This document shows positions 1 to 14,325 of a stretch of 64,000 nucleotides of DNA, piece by piece. The notes beneath the pieces were generated by a model. That model did no database searches. It had not been told where the DNA came from and saw only the letters and a list, made by a program, of their open reading frames with translations. The stretch lies in the NCBI GenBank assembly GCA_951406725.2, contig CATOCA020000018.1:14001-78000 (forward strand), read 5' to 3'. The stretch's first letter is position 1; each line of letters opens with the position of its first letter. This stretch comes from Octopus vulgaris (Eukaryota). The translations under genes and the position numbers were made by a program.

Positions 1-279
1 AAGCGTCAAATGGGCCCAAATGAAATTCAAATGCCTTACCTCAGTTTAGTTTGAAACCGTAGCAACGTATCCGGGGACCCAATTAATTTCAAATTTTCTG
101 TTGCCGGATTTAAGTGCGATGGCGAGTAAGCTGAGATAAGTCTCTGCCAAGCACATGGTTCCGGGTTCAGTCCCACTGCGTGGCACTTTGGGCGAGTGTC
201 TTCTACTATAACCTCGGCCGACCAAAGCCTTTTTAGTGGATCTGGTAGACGGAAACTGAAGGAAGACCCGTCGTAAATA

Positions 280-316
<37 letters not shown>

Positions 317-439
317 CAATAAAAATGGTAAATAATTTTCCTGTGGTTTATCATGTAACCAACAATTATTTACCGGTAAATTTCGGTATGTAAATACGAC
401 AAATTAATTGTCAAGACCTTTGTAAGGTTCAGTATATAG

Positions 440-528
440 TAAAGAAAAAATAAGAAGGTTAACAGCAGGCTGTTTCACCTTCGGTATGAGGTGAAACAGC
501 CTGCTGTTAACCTTCTTATTTTTTCTTT
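440..528. repeat. Perfect ~40-bp-stem hairpin (inverted repeat)
   Basis: aaagaaaaaataagaaggttaacagcaggctgtttcacct (441-480), 8-nt loop tcggtatg, exact reverse complement at 489-528. Confidence 0.9.
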
Positions 529-603
529 TATATATATATATATATATATATATCACCACCAATGGCCTAGCACGTATAAAAAGTCAATAGACAACATATT
601 CGT

Positions 604-846
<243 letters not shown>

Positions 847-1214
847 ATATATATGTATATATATATATACCTCAGTTTAGTTTGAAACCGTAGCAACGTA
901 TCCGGGGACCCAATTAATTTCAAATTTTCTGTTCGATGGCAAGTAAGCGGAGATAATTCTCGACATATAGGCCTTGAAGCAGGCCAGCTATATGCTAGAA
1001 ATAGCAGCCAAAGCTAACAAAACTACGATAACATAACGTACTTAGCGGTTCGGCAAATAGAAACGATAGAATTAGCAATAGGCTTACAAAATATAAGTCC
1101 TGTTGTCGATTTCCTCGACTAAAGGCAGTGCTCCAGCATGGCCACAGGCAAATGACTGAAACAAGTAAAAGAGTAAAAGAGTAATATATACATACATATA
1201 GATATGTATTTACG

Positions 1215-1258
<44 letters not shown>

Positions 1259-1872
1259 GATATGTATGTACGTATGTGTGTACATATATATAAACGTGTG
1301 TGTATATGTAACATATTTCTAAGAATACATACATTCATACATACATCAACATACGCCGTGTGTATGTATGTGTTTCTAAAGACAGTAAGGTGTGATTTGG
1401 GGGAAATTTGGCTGCTATTTCTACCAGGTCTAGCTACCATGTAGAGGTCCCCCTCATTGGCTCATATATATATACATACATAAGACAGTAAGGTGTGATT
1501 TGAGGGAGATTTGGCTGCTGTTTCTACCAGGTCTGTTAGGCCTTCTCATGTAAACTCAAGCTTTCTCATGCCTGTATTCATTTATTCTTCTGCTTTTTCC
1601 AGCCATTGGTCTGTGGCCATGCTGGGGCAATGCCTTGAAGAATTGTAGTTTAATGAATCAACTCCAGTTTTATTTTTGTAAGCATTGTACTTATTCTATC
1701 TGTTTCCTTTGTCAAACCACTAGGTGACAGGGATGTAAACAAACCAACATTCGTTGTCAAGCAGTGGTGGAGGACAATCACAAGCACAGACACGCACACA
1801 CACACACATACATGCATACACATATACACACATACATACATACATATATATATATATGTGTGTATATATATA

Positions 1873-2131
1873 TTGCAGCGTGGAAGGTGTTTGTAAGCCA
1901 TTTAAGAAACACACAAAAACCGTTAGATTCACTTCAACATTTAAATTTAATTTGCCAAAATATTTTCCTCGCTTTGAGACCGCGACCTGTTCACTGACAA
2001 AAATATCGTGCTAACAGGTCGCGGTCTCAAAGCGACGAAAATATTTTGACAAATTAAATTTAAATGTTGAAGTGAATCTAACGGTTTTTGTGTGTTTCTT
2101 AAATGGCTTATAAGCACCTTCAACGCTGCAA
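1873..2131. mobile_element. ~260-bp foldback/MITE, copy 1
   Basis: ttgcagcgtggaaggtg...gagaccgcgacctgtt, short spacer, then aacaggtcgcggtctc...caccttcaacgctgcaa. Arms are ~120 bp with few mismatches. Confidence 0.75.
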
Positions 2132-2191
2132 CTGTTTTCGTTCCAGCACACGATCTCAGATCAAGTCACTTGCTATGCAAGTACATCTCTG

Positions 2192-2266
<75 letters not shown>

Positions 2267-2331
2267 ATTGGTAAAAACAGTAAGATAACAAAAGAAAGAA
2301 AGAGACCTCAATATTATGTAAATAGAGGAAA

Positions 2332-2726
2332 TCTTTATATATAAAAGTGAGGTTGTGTGTCTGTCTCCTACGATTTAGATTCCTAACTACTCCCACATTT
2401 TGCGGTGCAGTTTAACCAAAACCGGGTATCTTATAGTCGTGATTCATATCCAGACCGTCTGGGTATTAGCGCGCGTCTACGATGAGTCTACGATTAAAAA
2501 AAAAATCTACCATCAATTTTTCACATTTTTAATCCATTTTTGACATATATAAGGGAAGTAACTCTCTAAAATTTATTATTAAATCTCAGAACGTAAAAAG
2601 CTACAGTAACACCCCTCCCCCTTTGTGATTAGCCATATTGAGATGGCTATTATACTTTACATCTCTAAAAATGCTTATATAATTATTTCCCTTACAAACC
2701 CGAGTAACGCCGGGCGATACTGCTAG
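2332..2726 (+). mobile_element. Non-autonomous Helitron (~395 bp), copy 1
   Basis: 5' A|TCtttatatataaaag; 3' subterminal hairpin cccgagtaacgccggg then CTAG|T. Insertion between A and T without a TSD is the canonical Helitron signature. Confidence 0.85.
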
Positions 2727-2833
2727 TATGTGTATAAATGCATATACATATGCATAGATATATGCTTACACATACAATATATCCGCATATATATAGATTG
2801 ATAGATACATGCATACATACATATATACAGACT

Positions 2834-2865
<32 letters not shown>

Positions 2866-2968
2866 ATCTGTGTGTGTGTGTGTGTGTGTATGTGTATAGA
2901 TAGATATACATATATGCTAACATGTGTATATATACACGTAAATAAATATAAAAATGTATGTATTAATA

Positions 2969-3026
<58 letters not shown>

Positions 3027-3170
3027 TATACATACATATGCGTGCATATTTCTATTGCATATATAAACATATATATTTATGTGTATACATGCACATACAT
3101 GTGTGAGTGTACGGCGTCTCAGCTGTGTTAAATGCAGAAAAATGAATATAGGCGCAGGAGTGGCTGTGTG

Positions 3171-5160
3171 GTATCTCGTGATACTTTTCCGGCATCGGTC
3201 GCGGGTACGTCCACGTGTACTCGGGCGATACCGCGAGCTTAGGTTCGTTCTTTCGATTTCGGGCACGGTAGCGCGGCGGAGCAACGGGCGACTGGTGCAG
3301 GCCCTGCGCAACCCTGCCGCTGGCGGCCCCTACTTTATACTAGCCGCAGTTTCCATCTTTCGGGAATTTACGTAACGGACCACGTTGCTGTATCGACAGC
3401 GTGTATCTCGTGATATCCTTCCAGCATTGGTCGCGGGTACGTCCACGTTTACGTGGGTCACACCATTAGCTTCGAGAATGTCCGGTGTCGTCCGCCGACA
3501 CAGCGGCCTCACTCGAGCTCGATACCGAGAACTCACCCCAGAACTCGCCGCTTCGTGCCTCGTCGATAACTCTGGTACACGGTCGCATTACGTCCACGCT
3601 TACGTGGACGACATCGCGAGCTTCTGTTCGTTCTAACGGGTACATTAGGGCGGCGGAGCTCCGAGAGGCTGCCGCAGGCCTGCCGATGGCGGCCCCCCAC
3701 CTTATTCTAGCCGCAGTTTCCATCTTTCGGGACTTTACGGGAAGGACCACGTCTCTGTATCGACAGCGTGTATCTCATCACATCCTTTCGGCATCGGTCG
3801 CGTGTACGTCCAGGTTTACGTGGCGATACCCCGAGCTTAGGTTCGTTCTTTCGATTTCGGGCACGGTAACGCGGCGGAGCTCCTGGCGATTGGCGCAGGC
3901 CTGGCGCAACCCTGCCGCTGATGGCCTCTACTTTATACTCGCCGCAGTTGCTATCTTTCGGGATTTTACGGGGCGGACTACGTCTCTGTATCGACAGCGT
4001 GTATCTCGTGACATCCTTCCGGCATCGGTCGCGTGTACGTCCAGTTTTACGTGGCGATACCGCGAGCTTAGGTTCGTTCTTTCGATTTCGGGCACGGTAG
4101 GGCGGCGGAGCTCCGGGCGATTGGCGCAGGCCTGGCGCAACCCTGCCGCTGGCGGCCTCTACTTTATACTCGCCGCAGTTGCCATCTTTCGGGATTTTAC
4201 GGGGCGGACTACGTCTCTGTATCGACAGCGTGTATCTCGTGACATCCCTCCGGCATCGGTCGCGTGTACGTCCACGTGTACGAAGGCGATACCGCGAGGT
4301 TCGCATCAGCCTTACTAGATCGGGCACGGTAGGGCGGCGGAGCAACGGGCAGCTAGCGCAACCCTTCTACTGGCGGCCCCTACTTTATACTCGCCGCAGT
4401 TTCCTTCTTTCGGGAATTTACGGGACGGACCACGTCGCAGTACCAACCACGTGTATCTCGTGGCATCCTTCCAGCATTGGTCGTGGGTACGTCCACGTGT
4501 ACGTGGGTGACGACACCATTAGTTTCGAGAAAGTCCGGTGTCGTCCGCCGGCACAGCGGCCCCACTCGTGCTCGATACCGAGAACTCACCTCAGAAATCG
4601 CCGCTTCCTGCCTCGTCGATCACATTCTGACACTCTCGTGCTTCACGTCGACTATAAGTTTGGCTTATCGACCGACCTAAATCACCTGCTACTTAAGCAC
4701 TACGATCTTTCTCCGAGATTCTCCCGCCGCCGTTTCGCTGGGCTTTGTCTTGCTTTGGGATTCGTCCGCCGACACGCCGGCCACAGTCGTGCTCGATACC
4801 GAGAACTCAACCCAGGAGTTGCCGATTCGTGCATCGCCGATATTACACAAACACACACTCGTGCTTCACGTCGACTATAAGTTTGACTTATCGACCGACC
4901 TAAATCACCTGCTACTTAAGCACTGCGATCTTTCTCCGAGATTCTCCCGCCGCCGTTTGGCTGGGCTTTTGTCGTGCTTTGGGATTCGTCCGCCGACACG
5001 CCGGCCCCAGTCGTGCTCGATACCGAGAACTCACCCCAGGAGTTGCCGATTCGTGCCTCGTCCATATCACACGGACACATATACTCATGCGTCGGTCGTA
5101 GTCGCCGCTGCATTTTTCAGTTATTGGCAACGCCGCCGCTAGAGGACCACCGACCGGTTT
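3171..5160. repeat. CpG/GC-rich complex tandem repeats (~231-bp units plus a ~245-bp duplication)
   Basis: Unit start gtatctcgtga recurs at ~3171, 3403, 3770, 4001, 4233 and 4453. The segment cactcgtgcttcacgtcgactataagttt...gccgattcgtgc is duplicated at ~4630-4835 and ~4855-5055. Confidence 0.85.
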
Positions 5161-5204
5161 AGAGACGTTTGTAGAACCAGCTTCGTATGATAAACACTTA
5201 ACGC

Positions 5205-8200
5205 TACGTGCCGCGAGGCCCTAGCTCATATATCGAACTCGCGAAGGCTACTTTACCAACATAACATCATTGAACACAGCAACGCTACCGAACGAGCGAA
5301 CAAAAATAAGAAAGAAATCTTACGCTTCGGGCCGCGAGGCCCTGACTGATATCGAACTCGTGACGTTTACTTTACCAACATAACATCACTGAACACAGCA
5401 ACGCTACCGAACGAGCGAACAAAAAAAAAATTTTACGCTTCGGGCCGCGAGGCCCTGCCTGATATCGAACTCGCGACGTTTACTTTACCAACATAACATC
5501 ACTGAACACAGCAACGCTACCGAACGAGCGAACAAAAAAAAAAAGTTTTGCGCTTCGGGCCGCGAGGCCCTGACTGATATCGAACTCGTGACGTTTACTT
5601 TACCAACAAAACATCACTGAACACAGCAACGCTACCGAACGAGCGAACAAAAGAAAAAAAAAATTTTACGCTTCGGGCCGCGAGGCCCTGACTGATATCG
5701 AACTCGTGACGTTTACTTTACCAACAAACATCACTGAACACAGCAACGCTACCGAACGAGCGAACAAAAGAAAAAAAAAATTTACGCTTCGGGCCGCGAG
5801 GCCCTGACTGATATCGAACTCGTGACGTTTACTTTACCAACATAACATCACTGAACACAGCAACGCTACCGAACGAGCGAACAAAAAAAAAAGTTTTGCG
5901 CTTCGGGCCGCGAGGCCCTGCCTGATATCGAACTCGTGACGTTTACTTTACCAACAAAACATCACTGAACACAGCAACGCTACCGAACGAGCGAACAAAA
6001 GAAAAAATTTTACGCTTCGGGCCGCGAGGCCCTGACTGATATCGAACTCGTGACGTTTACTTTACCAACAAACATCACTGAACACAGCAACGCTACCGAA
6101 CGAGCGAACAAAAAAAAAAAAAATTTACGCTTCGGGCCGCGAGGCCCTGACTGATATCGAACTCGTGACGTTTACTTTACCAACATAACATCACTGAACA
6201 CAGCAACGCTACCGAACGAGCGAACAAAAAAAAAAAAAGTTTTGCGCTTCGGGCCGCGAGGCCCTGCCTGATATCGAACTCGTGACGTTTACTTTACCAA
6301 CAAAACATCACTGAACACAGCAACGCTACCGAACGAGCGAACAAAAAAAAAAAAAATTTACGCTTCGGGCCGCGAGGCCCTGACTGATATCGAACTCGTG
6401 ACGTTTACTTTACCAACAAACATCACTGAACACAGCAACGCTACCGAACGAGCGAACAAAAAAAAAAAAAAATTTACGCTTCGGGCCGCGAGGCCCTGAC
6501 TGATATCGAACTCGTGACGTTTACTTTACCAACAAACATCACTGAACACAGCAACGCTACCGAACGAGCGAACAAAAGAAAAAAAAAGTTTTGCGCTTCG
6601 GGCCGCGAGGCCCTGACTGATATCGAACTCGTGACGTTTACTTTACCAACATAACATCACTGAACACAGCAACGCTACCGAACGAGCGAACAAAAAAAAA
6701 AAAGTTTTGCGCTTCGGGCCGCGAGGCCCTGCCTGATATCGAACTCGTGACGTTTACTTTACCAACAAAACATCACTGAACACAGCAACGCTACCGAACG
6801 AGCGAACAAAAAAAAAAAAATTTTACGCTTCGGGCCGCGAGGCCCTGACTGATATCGAACTCGTGACGTTTACTTTACCAACATAACATCACTGAACACA
6901 GCAACGCTACCGAACGAGCGAACAAAAAAAAAAAGTTTTGCGCTTCGGGCCGCGAGGCCCTGACTGATATCGAACTCGTGACGTTTACTTTACCAACAAA
7001 ACATCACTGAACACAGCAACGCTACCGAACGAGCGAACAAAAGAAAAAAAAAAATTTACGCTTCGGGCCGCGAGGCCCTGACTGATATCGAACTCGTGAC
7101 GTTTACTTTACCAACAAACATCACTGAACACAGCAACGCTACCGAACGAGCGAACAAAAAAAAGTTTTGCGCTTCGGGCCGCGAGGCCCTGACTGATATC
7201 GAACTCGTGACGTTTACTTTACCAACAAAACATCACTGAACACAGCAACGCTACCGAACGAGCGAACAAAAAAAAAAAGTTTTACGCTTCGGGCCGCGAG
7301 GCCCTGCCTGATATCGAACTCGTGACGTTTACTTTACCAACAAAACATCACTGAACACAGCAACGCTACCGAACGAGCGAACAAAAAAAAAAGTTTTGCG
7401 CTTCGGGCCGCGAGGCCCTGACTGATATCGAACTCGTGACGTTTACTTTACCAACAAAACATCACTGAACACAGCAACGCTACCGAACGAGCGAACAAAA
7501 AAAAAAAAATTTTACGCTTCGGGCCGCGAGGCCCTGACTGATATCGAACTCGTGACGTTTACTTTACCAACAAAACATCACTGAACACAGCAACGCTACC
7601 GAACGAGCGAACAAAAAAAAAAAGTTTTGCGCTTCGGGCCGCGAGGCCCTGACTGATATCGAACTCGTGACGTTTACTTTACCAACAAAACATCACTGAA
7701 CACAGCAACGCTACCGAACGAGCGAACAAAAAAAAAAAAATTTTACGCTTCGGGCCGCGAGGCCCTGACTGATATCGAACTCGTGACGTTTACTTTACCA
7801 ACAAAACATCACTGAACACAGCAACGCTACCGAACGAGCGAACAAAAAAAAATAAAGCTCTACGCTTCGGGCCGCGAGGCCCTGCCTGATATCGAACTCG
7901 TGACGTTTACTTTACCAACAAAACATCACTGAACACAGCAACGCTACCGAACGAGCGAACAAAGAGAAAAAAAAAATTTACGCTTCGGGCCGCGAGGCCC
8001 TGACTGATATCGAACTCGTGACGTTTACTTTACCAACATAACATCACTGAAGACAGCAACGCTACCGAACGAGCGAACAAAAAAAAAAAAAAATTTTACG
8101 CTTCGGGCCGCGAGGCCCTGACTGATATCGAACTCGTGACGTTTACTTTACCAACATAACATCACTGAACACAGCAACGCTACCGAACGAGCGAACAAAA

Positions 8201-8730
8201 AAAAAAAAGTCTTACGCTTCGGGCCGCGAGGCCACGACTGATATCGAACTCGTGACGTTTACTTTACCAACATAACATCACTGAACACAGCAACGCTACC
8301 GAACGAGCGAACATAAAAAAAAAATAATATTACGCTTCGGGCCGCGAGGCCCTGACTGATATCGAACTCGTGACGTTTACTTTACCAACATAACATCACT
8401 GAACACAGCAACGCTACCGATCGAGCCAGCAAAAAAAAAAAAAAAAAATGTTACGCTTCGGGCCGCGAGGCCTGCCTGATATCGAACTCGTGACGTTTAC
8501 TTTACCAACAAAACATCACTGAACACAGCAACGCTACCGAACGAGCGAACAAAAAAAAATTAAAATTTTACGTTTCGGGCCGCGAGGCCCTGCCTGATAT
8601 CGAACTCGTGACGTTTACTTTACCAACATAACATCACAGCAACGCTACCGAACGAACGAACAACAAAATAAATAAATAAAAACGCAAAGCTACGGGCCGC
8701 GACGTCCTGGCTGATATCGAACTCACGAAC
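5205..8730. repeat. Tandem array of ~31 copies of a ~116-bp monomer with a variable A-run
   Basis: Monomer ttttacgcttcgggccgcgaggccctgactgatatcgaactcgtgacgtttactttaccaacataacatcactgaacacagcaacgctaccgaacgagcgaac(A)n. The marker gatatcgaactc recurs every ~116 bp; end copies are degenerate. Confidence 0.95.
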
Positions 8731-8929
8731 GCGAGAGAAGGAGCGAAGCACAGCGAAAAGCTAACGTACGGGGGCAAGTGCGGACAATTTTTGGCAAAGC
8801 AAACCGTTGTAGGACGATATCGAACTGGGAACAGTATAGCAAGGCGTCCAGAAATTAACTGAGAATACGAATCTTGCCGGCTGGCTAATTTTTGCTTGAT
8901 GTTCACCCCCTAATATTGTCTGGGCCCCC

Positions 8930-9600
8930 TTGGGGTGCGACGGTCACCTAGAGCGTGACTATCCAGCCGGGGCCGATCCGTTTTCTTGCGGTCTGAGCAC
9001 CTCCTACGACTTACGGGTCGGACCACGTCGCTGTTTTTACCCGATACGTGGACGATATCGCGCGTTTAGTTTCGTGCTTTCGATTTCACGCACAGTACGG
9101 CGGCGGAGACGCAGGCGACCGGCGTGCGACGGTCACCTAGAGCGTGACTATCCAGCGTGGGCCGATCCGTAAGCTTACGGGTCTGATTTTTTTTAATTAC
9201 GGGTCAGTCCACGTATGTGTATTTTCCCGGTGCATATCGTAAGGTGAAGGATAAATTTACCGGATGTTTACGTTTTGATATACGACAACGCGGCGTGACG
9301 CGGTGATCGTATGCGAAACTTTGTATTATCTTCCCGATAGCCACCACGCTAGAGTTTTGTTGACATTGCTTCGTACCGTAACTTGAAGCATAAATTCACC
9401 GGATGTTTACGTTTTGCTATACGAGCACGCGGCCCAAAGGCGTAGCTGGCGGCCCCACGGTGGCACTTTTTGTTTTCTTTACGATTAAAGAAACCACGAC
9501 TTCCCTGTTGTTTTGTTCGTAATGTAGCGTTCGTAATTTCGATATTAGCAATTTCGATTTTACGTGAAAAATAAAATCATTTAACTTGTTATTTTTCGAC
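8930..9600. repeat. GC-rich flank related to the 231-bp family, with internal duplications
   Basis: tttagtttcgtgctttcgatttcacgcacagtacggcggcggag (~9065) matches ttaggttcgttctttcgatttcgggcacggtagggcggcggag of the 3171-4500 units. gtgcgacggtcacctagagcgtgactatccagc occurs twice (8935, 9124). Confidence 0.7.
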
Positions 9601-9864
9601 TGAAATAAGCCCGTCGTATATAAATAAATATATATATATATATGTGTGTGTCTGTTTGTCCCTCCCCCCGAACATCGCTTGACAACCGATGCTGGAGGTG
9701 TTTACATCCCCGTCAATTAGCCGCTTGGCACGAACCTCTAGGCTTAATAAGAATAAGTATTGGGATCGATTTGCTCGACTAAAGACGGTGCTCCAGCATG
9801 GCCACAGTCAAATGACTGAAACAAGGTAAATTAAAACGTATATATATATGTTCTTTTATATATG

Positions 9865-9937
<73 letters not shown>

Positions 9938-9950
9938 GTATATGTTTATG

Positions 9951-9981
<31 letters not shown>

Positions 9982-10474
9982 GTTATTTTATTTTACTTGT
10001 TTCAGTCATTTGGAAGTGGCCATGCTGGAGCACCGACTTTAGTCGAGCAAATCGATCAGGCCGTCAAGAAGGCTATCCATATGCTAGAAATAGCAGCCAA
10101 AGCTAACGAAAGTACGATAAAATAAGTCCAACAATGGTTGTAATTTTTATTCTTGGTTAAGATTTTTAACATTAGTTCACTCGATTAGCTGTGTAGCAAA
10201 TGAATTATTGTCTAACTCTGACAGCCGTAAATGAGCAGGTAATACGACTGGGATAATCACAACTATTATCTAAGTACAAGGGTTAGGTAATCACAGGGTG
10301 ATTTGGTTGCTATTTCTAGGATACTGAGCAACAATGCAGCGGCACTCTCTCTCTGACTTATGTATGTATGTATGTATGTATGTAAGTATGTATGTATGTA
10401 TGTATGTTTCTATGTATGTGTGTATGTATGTATGTGCGTTGTGTGTGTGTCTGTCTGTCTTTGTGTATATGTTA

Positions 10475-11180
10475 ATTTATCGACCCCGAAGGATGAAAGG
10501 CAAAGTCGACCTCGGCGGAATTTGAACTCAGACAGTAGCGGCAGACAACGTACCTATTTCTTTATTACCCATAATGAGCTAAACACCCAGAAGACAAACA
10601 AAGACAGACAAAGGTATTAAGTCGATTATATTGACCCCAGTGCGTAACTGGTACTTATATAATCGACCCCGAACGAATGAAAAGCAAGGCCGACCTCGGC
10701 GGAATTTGAACTCAGAGCGGAGCGGCAGACAAAATACCTATTTCTTAACTATCCACAAGGGGCTAAACGCACAGGGGACAAACAATGACAGACATACTGA
10801 TTAAGGCGATTATATCGACCCCAGTGCGTAACTGGTACTTTATTTATCGACCCTGAAATGATGAACGGCAAAGTCGACCTCGGTGGAACTTGAACTCAGA
10901 ACGTAATAGCAGACGAAATACCTATTTCTTTACTACCCACAAGGGGCTACACACAGAGGGGACAAACAAGGACAGACAAAGCGATTAAGTCGATTACATC
11001 GACTCCAGTGCGCAACTGATACTTTATTTATCGACCCTGCAATGACTAGGTAAAGTCGACCTCGGCGAAATTTGAACTCAGAACATAACAGCAGACGAAA
11101 TACCTATTTCTTTACTAGCCACAAGGGGCTACACACAGAGGGGACAAACAAGGACAGACAAAGGGATTAAGTCGATTACA
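10475..11180 (-). mobile_element. Tandem ~175-bp SINE-derived subrepeats (4 copies) in unit 1
   Basis: The minus strand reads gagttcaaattccgccgaggtcgactttgcctttcatccttcggggtcgataaa: a Pol III B-box followed by a segment resembling the MetaSINE/Sauria-type central domain (family not verified). Confidence 0.7.
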
Positions 11181-11600
11181 GCTGTGTAGTAAATTAATTA
11201 TTGTCTAACTCTGATAGCCGTAAATGAGCAGGTAATACGACTGGGATAATCACAACTATTATCTAAGTACAAGGGTTAGGTAATCACAGGGTGATTTGGT
11301 TGCTATTTCTAGGATACTGAGCAACAATGTAGCGGCACTCTCTCTCTGACTTATGTATGTATGTATGTATGTATGTAAGTATGTATGTATGTATGTATGT
11401 ATGTTTCTATGTATGTATGTATGTATGTATGTGCGTGTGTGTGTGTGTGTGTGTCTGTCTGTCTTTGTGTATATGTTAATTTATCGACCCCGAAGGATGA
11501 AAGGCAAAGTCGACCTCGGCGGAATTTGAACTCAGACAGTAGCGACAGACAACGTACCTATTTCTTTATTACCCACAATGGGCTAAACACCGTACTTATT

Positions 11601-11671
<71 letters not shown>

Positions 11672-12159
11672 GTGTAGGGTAGCGGCAGACGAAATACCTA
11701 TTTCTTTACTACCCACAAGGGGCTAAACACAGGGGGAAAAACAAGGACAGACAAACGGATTAAATCGATTATAATGACCCCAGTGCGTAGTAACTGGTAC
11801 TTAATTTATCGACCCCGAAGGATGGAAGTCAAAGTCGACCTCGGCGGAATTTGAACTCAGACCGTAGTGGCAGACAACATACCAATTTCTTTACTACCCG
11901 CAAGGGGCTAAACACCGAGAAGACAAGCAACGACAGACATAAGTATTCAGTCGATTATATTGACCGCAGTGCGTAATTGGTACTTATTTAATCGACCCTG
12001 AAAGAATGAAAAGCAAGGTCGACCTCGGGGAATTTGAACACAGAGCGTAGCGGCAGACAAAATGCCTATTTCTTTACTACTCACAAGAGGCTAAACACAG
12101 AGGGGACAAACAAGGACAGACATACGGCGATTATATCGACTCCAGTGCGTAACTGGTAC

Positions 12160-12229
<70 letters not shown>

Positions 12230-12790
12230 GTAGATGTATATATATATATATATAACAAGATAAAGATTTTTATTTTTCATGGACTTCAAAATTTGCCAGA
12301 AAATAATGGATCGTGCCAAGATTTTGTTGCTACTTCTAGCATGTAGAGATTACCTGTTAAAGCGTAATTTTTTATTTTGAAATATCTATCTATCTATATA
12401 TTTACTACCCACAAGGGGCTAAACATAGAGGGGACAAACAAGGACAGACAAAGGGATTAAGTCGATTACATCGACCCAAGTGCGAAACTGGTACATATAT
12501 ATATTCTTTTATTCTTTTCTTTTACTTGTTTCAGTCATTTGACTGCGGCCATGCTGAGCACCGCCATTAGTCGAACAACTCGACCGCGGGACTTATTCTT
12601 TTGCAATCCCAGTACTTATTCTATCGGTCTCTCTTGCCGATCGGGGACATAAGCACACCAGCATCGGTTGTCAAGCAATGCTAGGGGACAAACACAGACA
12701 CACAAATACACACTCAGTGGGACTGAACCCGCAACCATGTGGTTGGTAGACAAGCTACTTACCACACAGCCACTCCTGCGCCTATATATA

Positions 12791-12845
<55 letters not shown>

Positions 12846-12854
12846 TTATATATT

Positions 12855-12919
<65 letters not shown>

Positions 12920-13154
12920 ATATCTATATATCTATACATGTGTGTGTGTGTATATATATATATGTAGATGTATATATATATACATATATAAAAAAATAAA
13001 GGTCTTTATTTTTCATGTACTTCAAAATTTGCCAGAAAATAATGGATCGTAGCAATCTTTGCTGCTATTTCTAGCATGTAAAAATTGCCTGTTAAAGGGT
13101 AATTTTCTATTTTGAAATATATATATACATATATTTATTTATATATATATATAC

Positions 13155-13205
<51 letters not shown>

Positions 13206-13465
13206 AATATATATAAATATATCTATATATCTATATATATATATATATATATAACATATATATATACATATATATGTATGTATGTACATATGTATGTCTC
13301 TCTCTCTCTCTCTCTCTGTCTTTTACGCTCTCTCTCTGTCTGTATTTAACTCACTATCTAACATATAAGTTTCTCTCTCTCTCAATATAAAACTATTTTT
13401 CTCTATTATTACCCGTTGCTAAGCAACTCAGGGAAAAGGTGTGTGCGTGTGTGACTGTATTTTCA

Positions 13466-13550
<85 letters not shown>

Positions 13551-13939
13551 TTGTCTGCGTGTATTTTTAAAATCTTCCGATTATCGCTGACTTGAAATAT
13601 ACATTTCATTTCGTTTGCCATTGTAAAGTTAGATTGTATCTGAGACAGAATTGAAAATGCAAAGTTTCTGTTGACAGGATACCTGAATTTTCTGTATCTT
13701 TTGCTGACCCACCCCACTCACGCCATTTAATTTCATCAGTACTTAAGGCCTTCTCTCTCTCTGTCTACCCCTCTCTCTCTGTCTACCTCTCTCTGTCTAC
13801 GCTCTCTCTCTGTCTGTATTTAACTCACTATCTAACATATAAGTTTCTCTCTCTCTCAATATAAAACTATTTTTCTCTATTATTACCCGTTGCTAAGCAA
13901 CTCAGGGAAAAGGTGTGTGCGTGTGTGACTGTATTTTCA

Positions 13940-13972
<33 letters not shown>

Positions 13973-14291
13973 CTTTCGACACCAGTGCGTGCGTGCGTAA
14001 CGATACACACACAAACCTCCACAAACATAAACGCACAAAATTGAAAAGACACAGTTACACACTCAAACACTCGCACACAGAAACGAAAATACACACGCAC
14101 ACTCACACTCACACACGCACACATACATACAGACAAACACCACACACACACACACACACACAAAAATGAAAATACACAGTTACACACTCACACGCACACA
14201 CACACGCACAAACTAGAGCGCACATACACACGCACACGCACAAGCAATGAACTGGAAACGCGCGCACGCAGACACAGAAAGGAAAGCACAC

Positions 14292-14325
<34 letters not shown>

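Noticed and set aside
3385-5162. Long ORFs of 130-277 aa on both strands
   Set aside because: They arise from GC-rich ~231-bp repeats (a multiple of 3) that are poor in stop codons. The frames overlap on both strands and show no recognisable domain.
5205-8730. CRISPR array, 5S rRNA array or hammerhead retrozyme
   Set aside because: There are no unique spacers. The length is close to 5S but I see no 5S sequence similarity. No CUGANGA...GAAA core on either strand; one copy has ctgaaga at ~8048 but lacks the rest.
13463-13717. Recurrent ORF MGWVSKRYRKFRYPVNRNF... (5 copies)
   Set aside because: Conservation is explained by recent segmental duplication. It has a non-ATG start, runs into a microsatellite and shows no domain.
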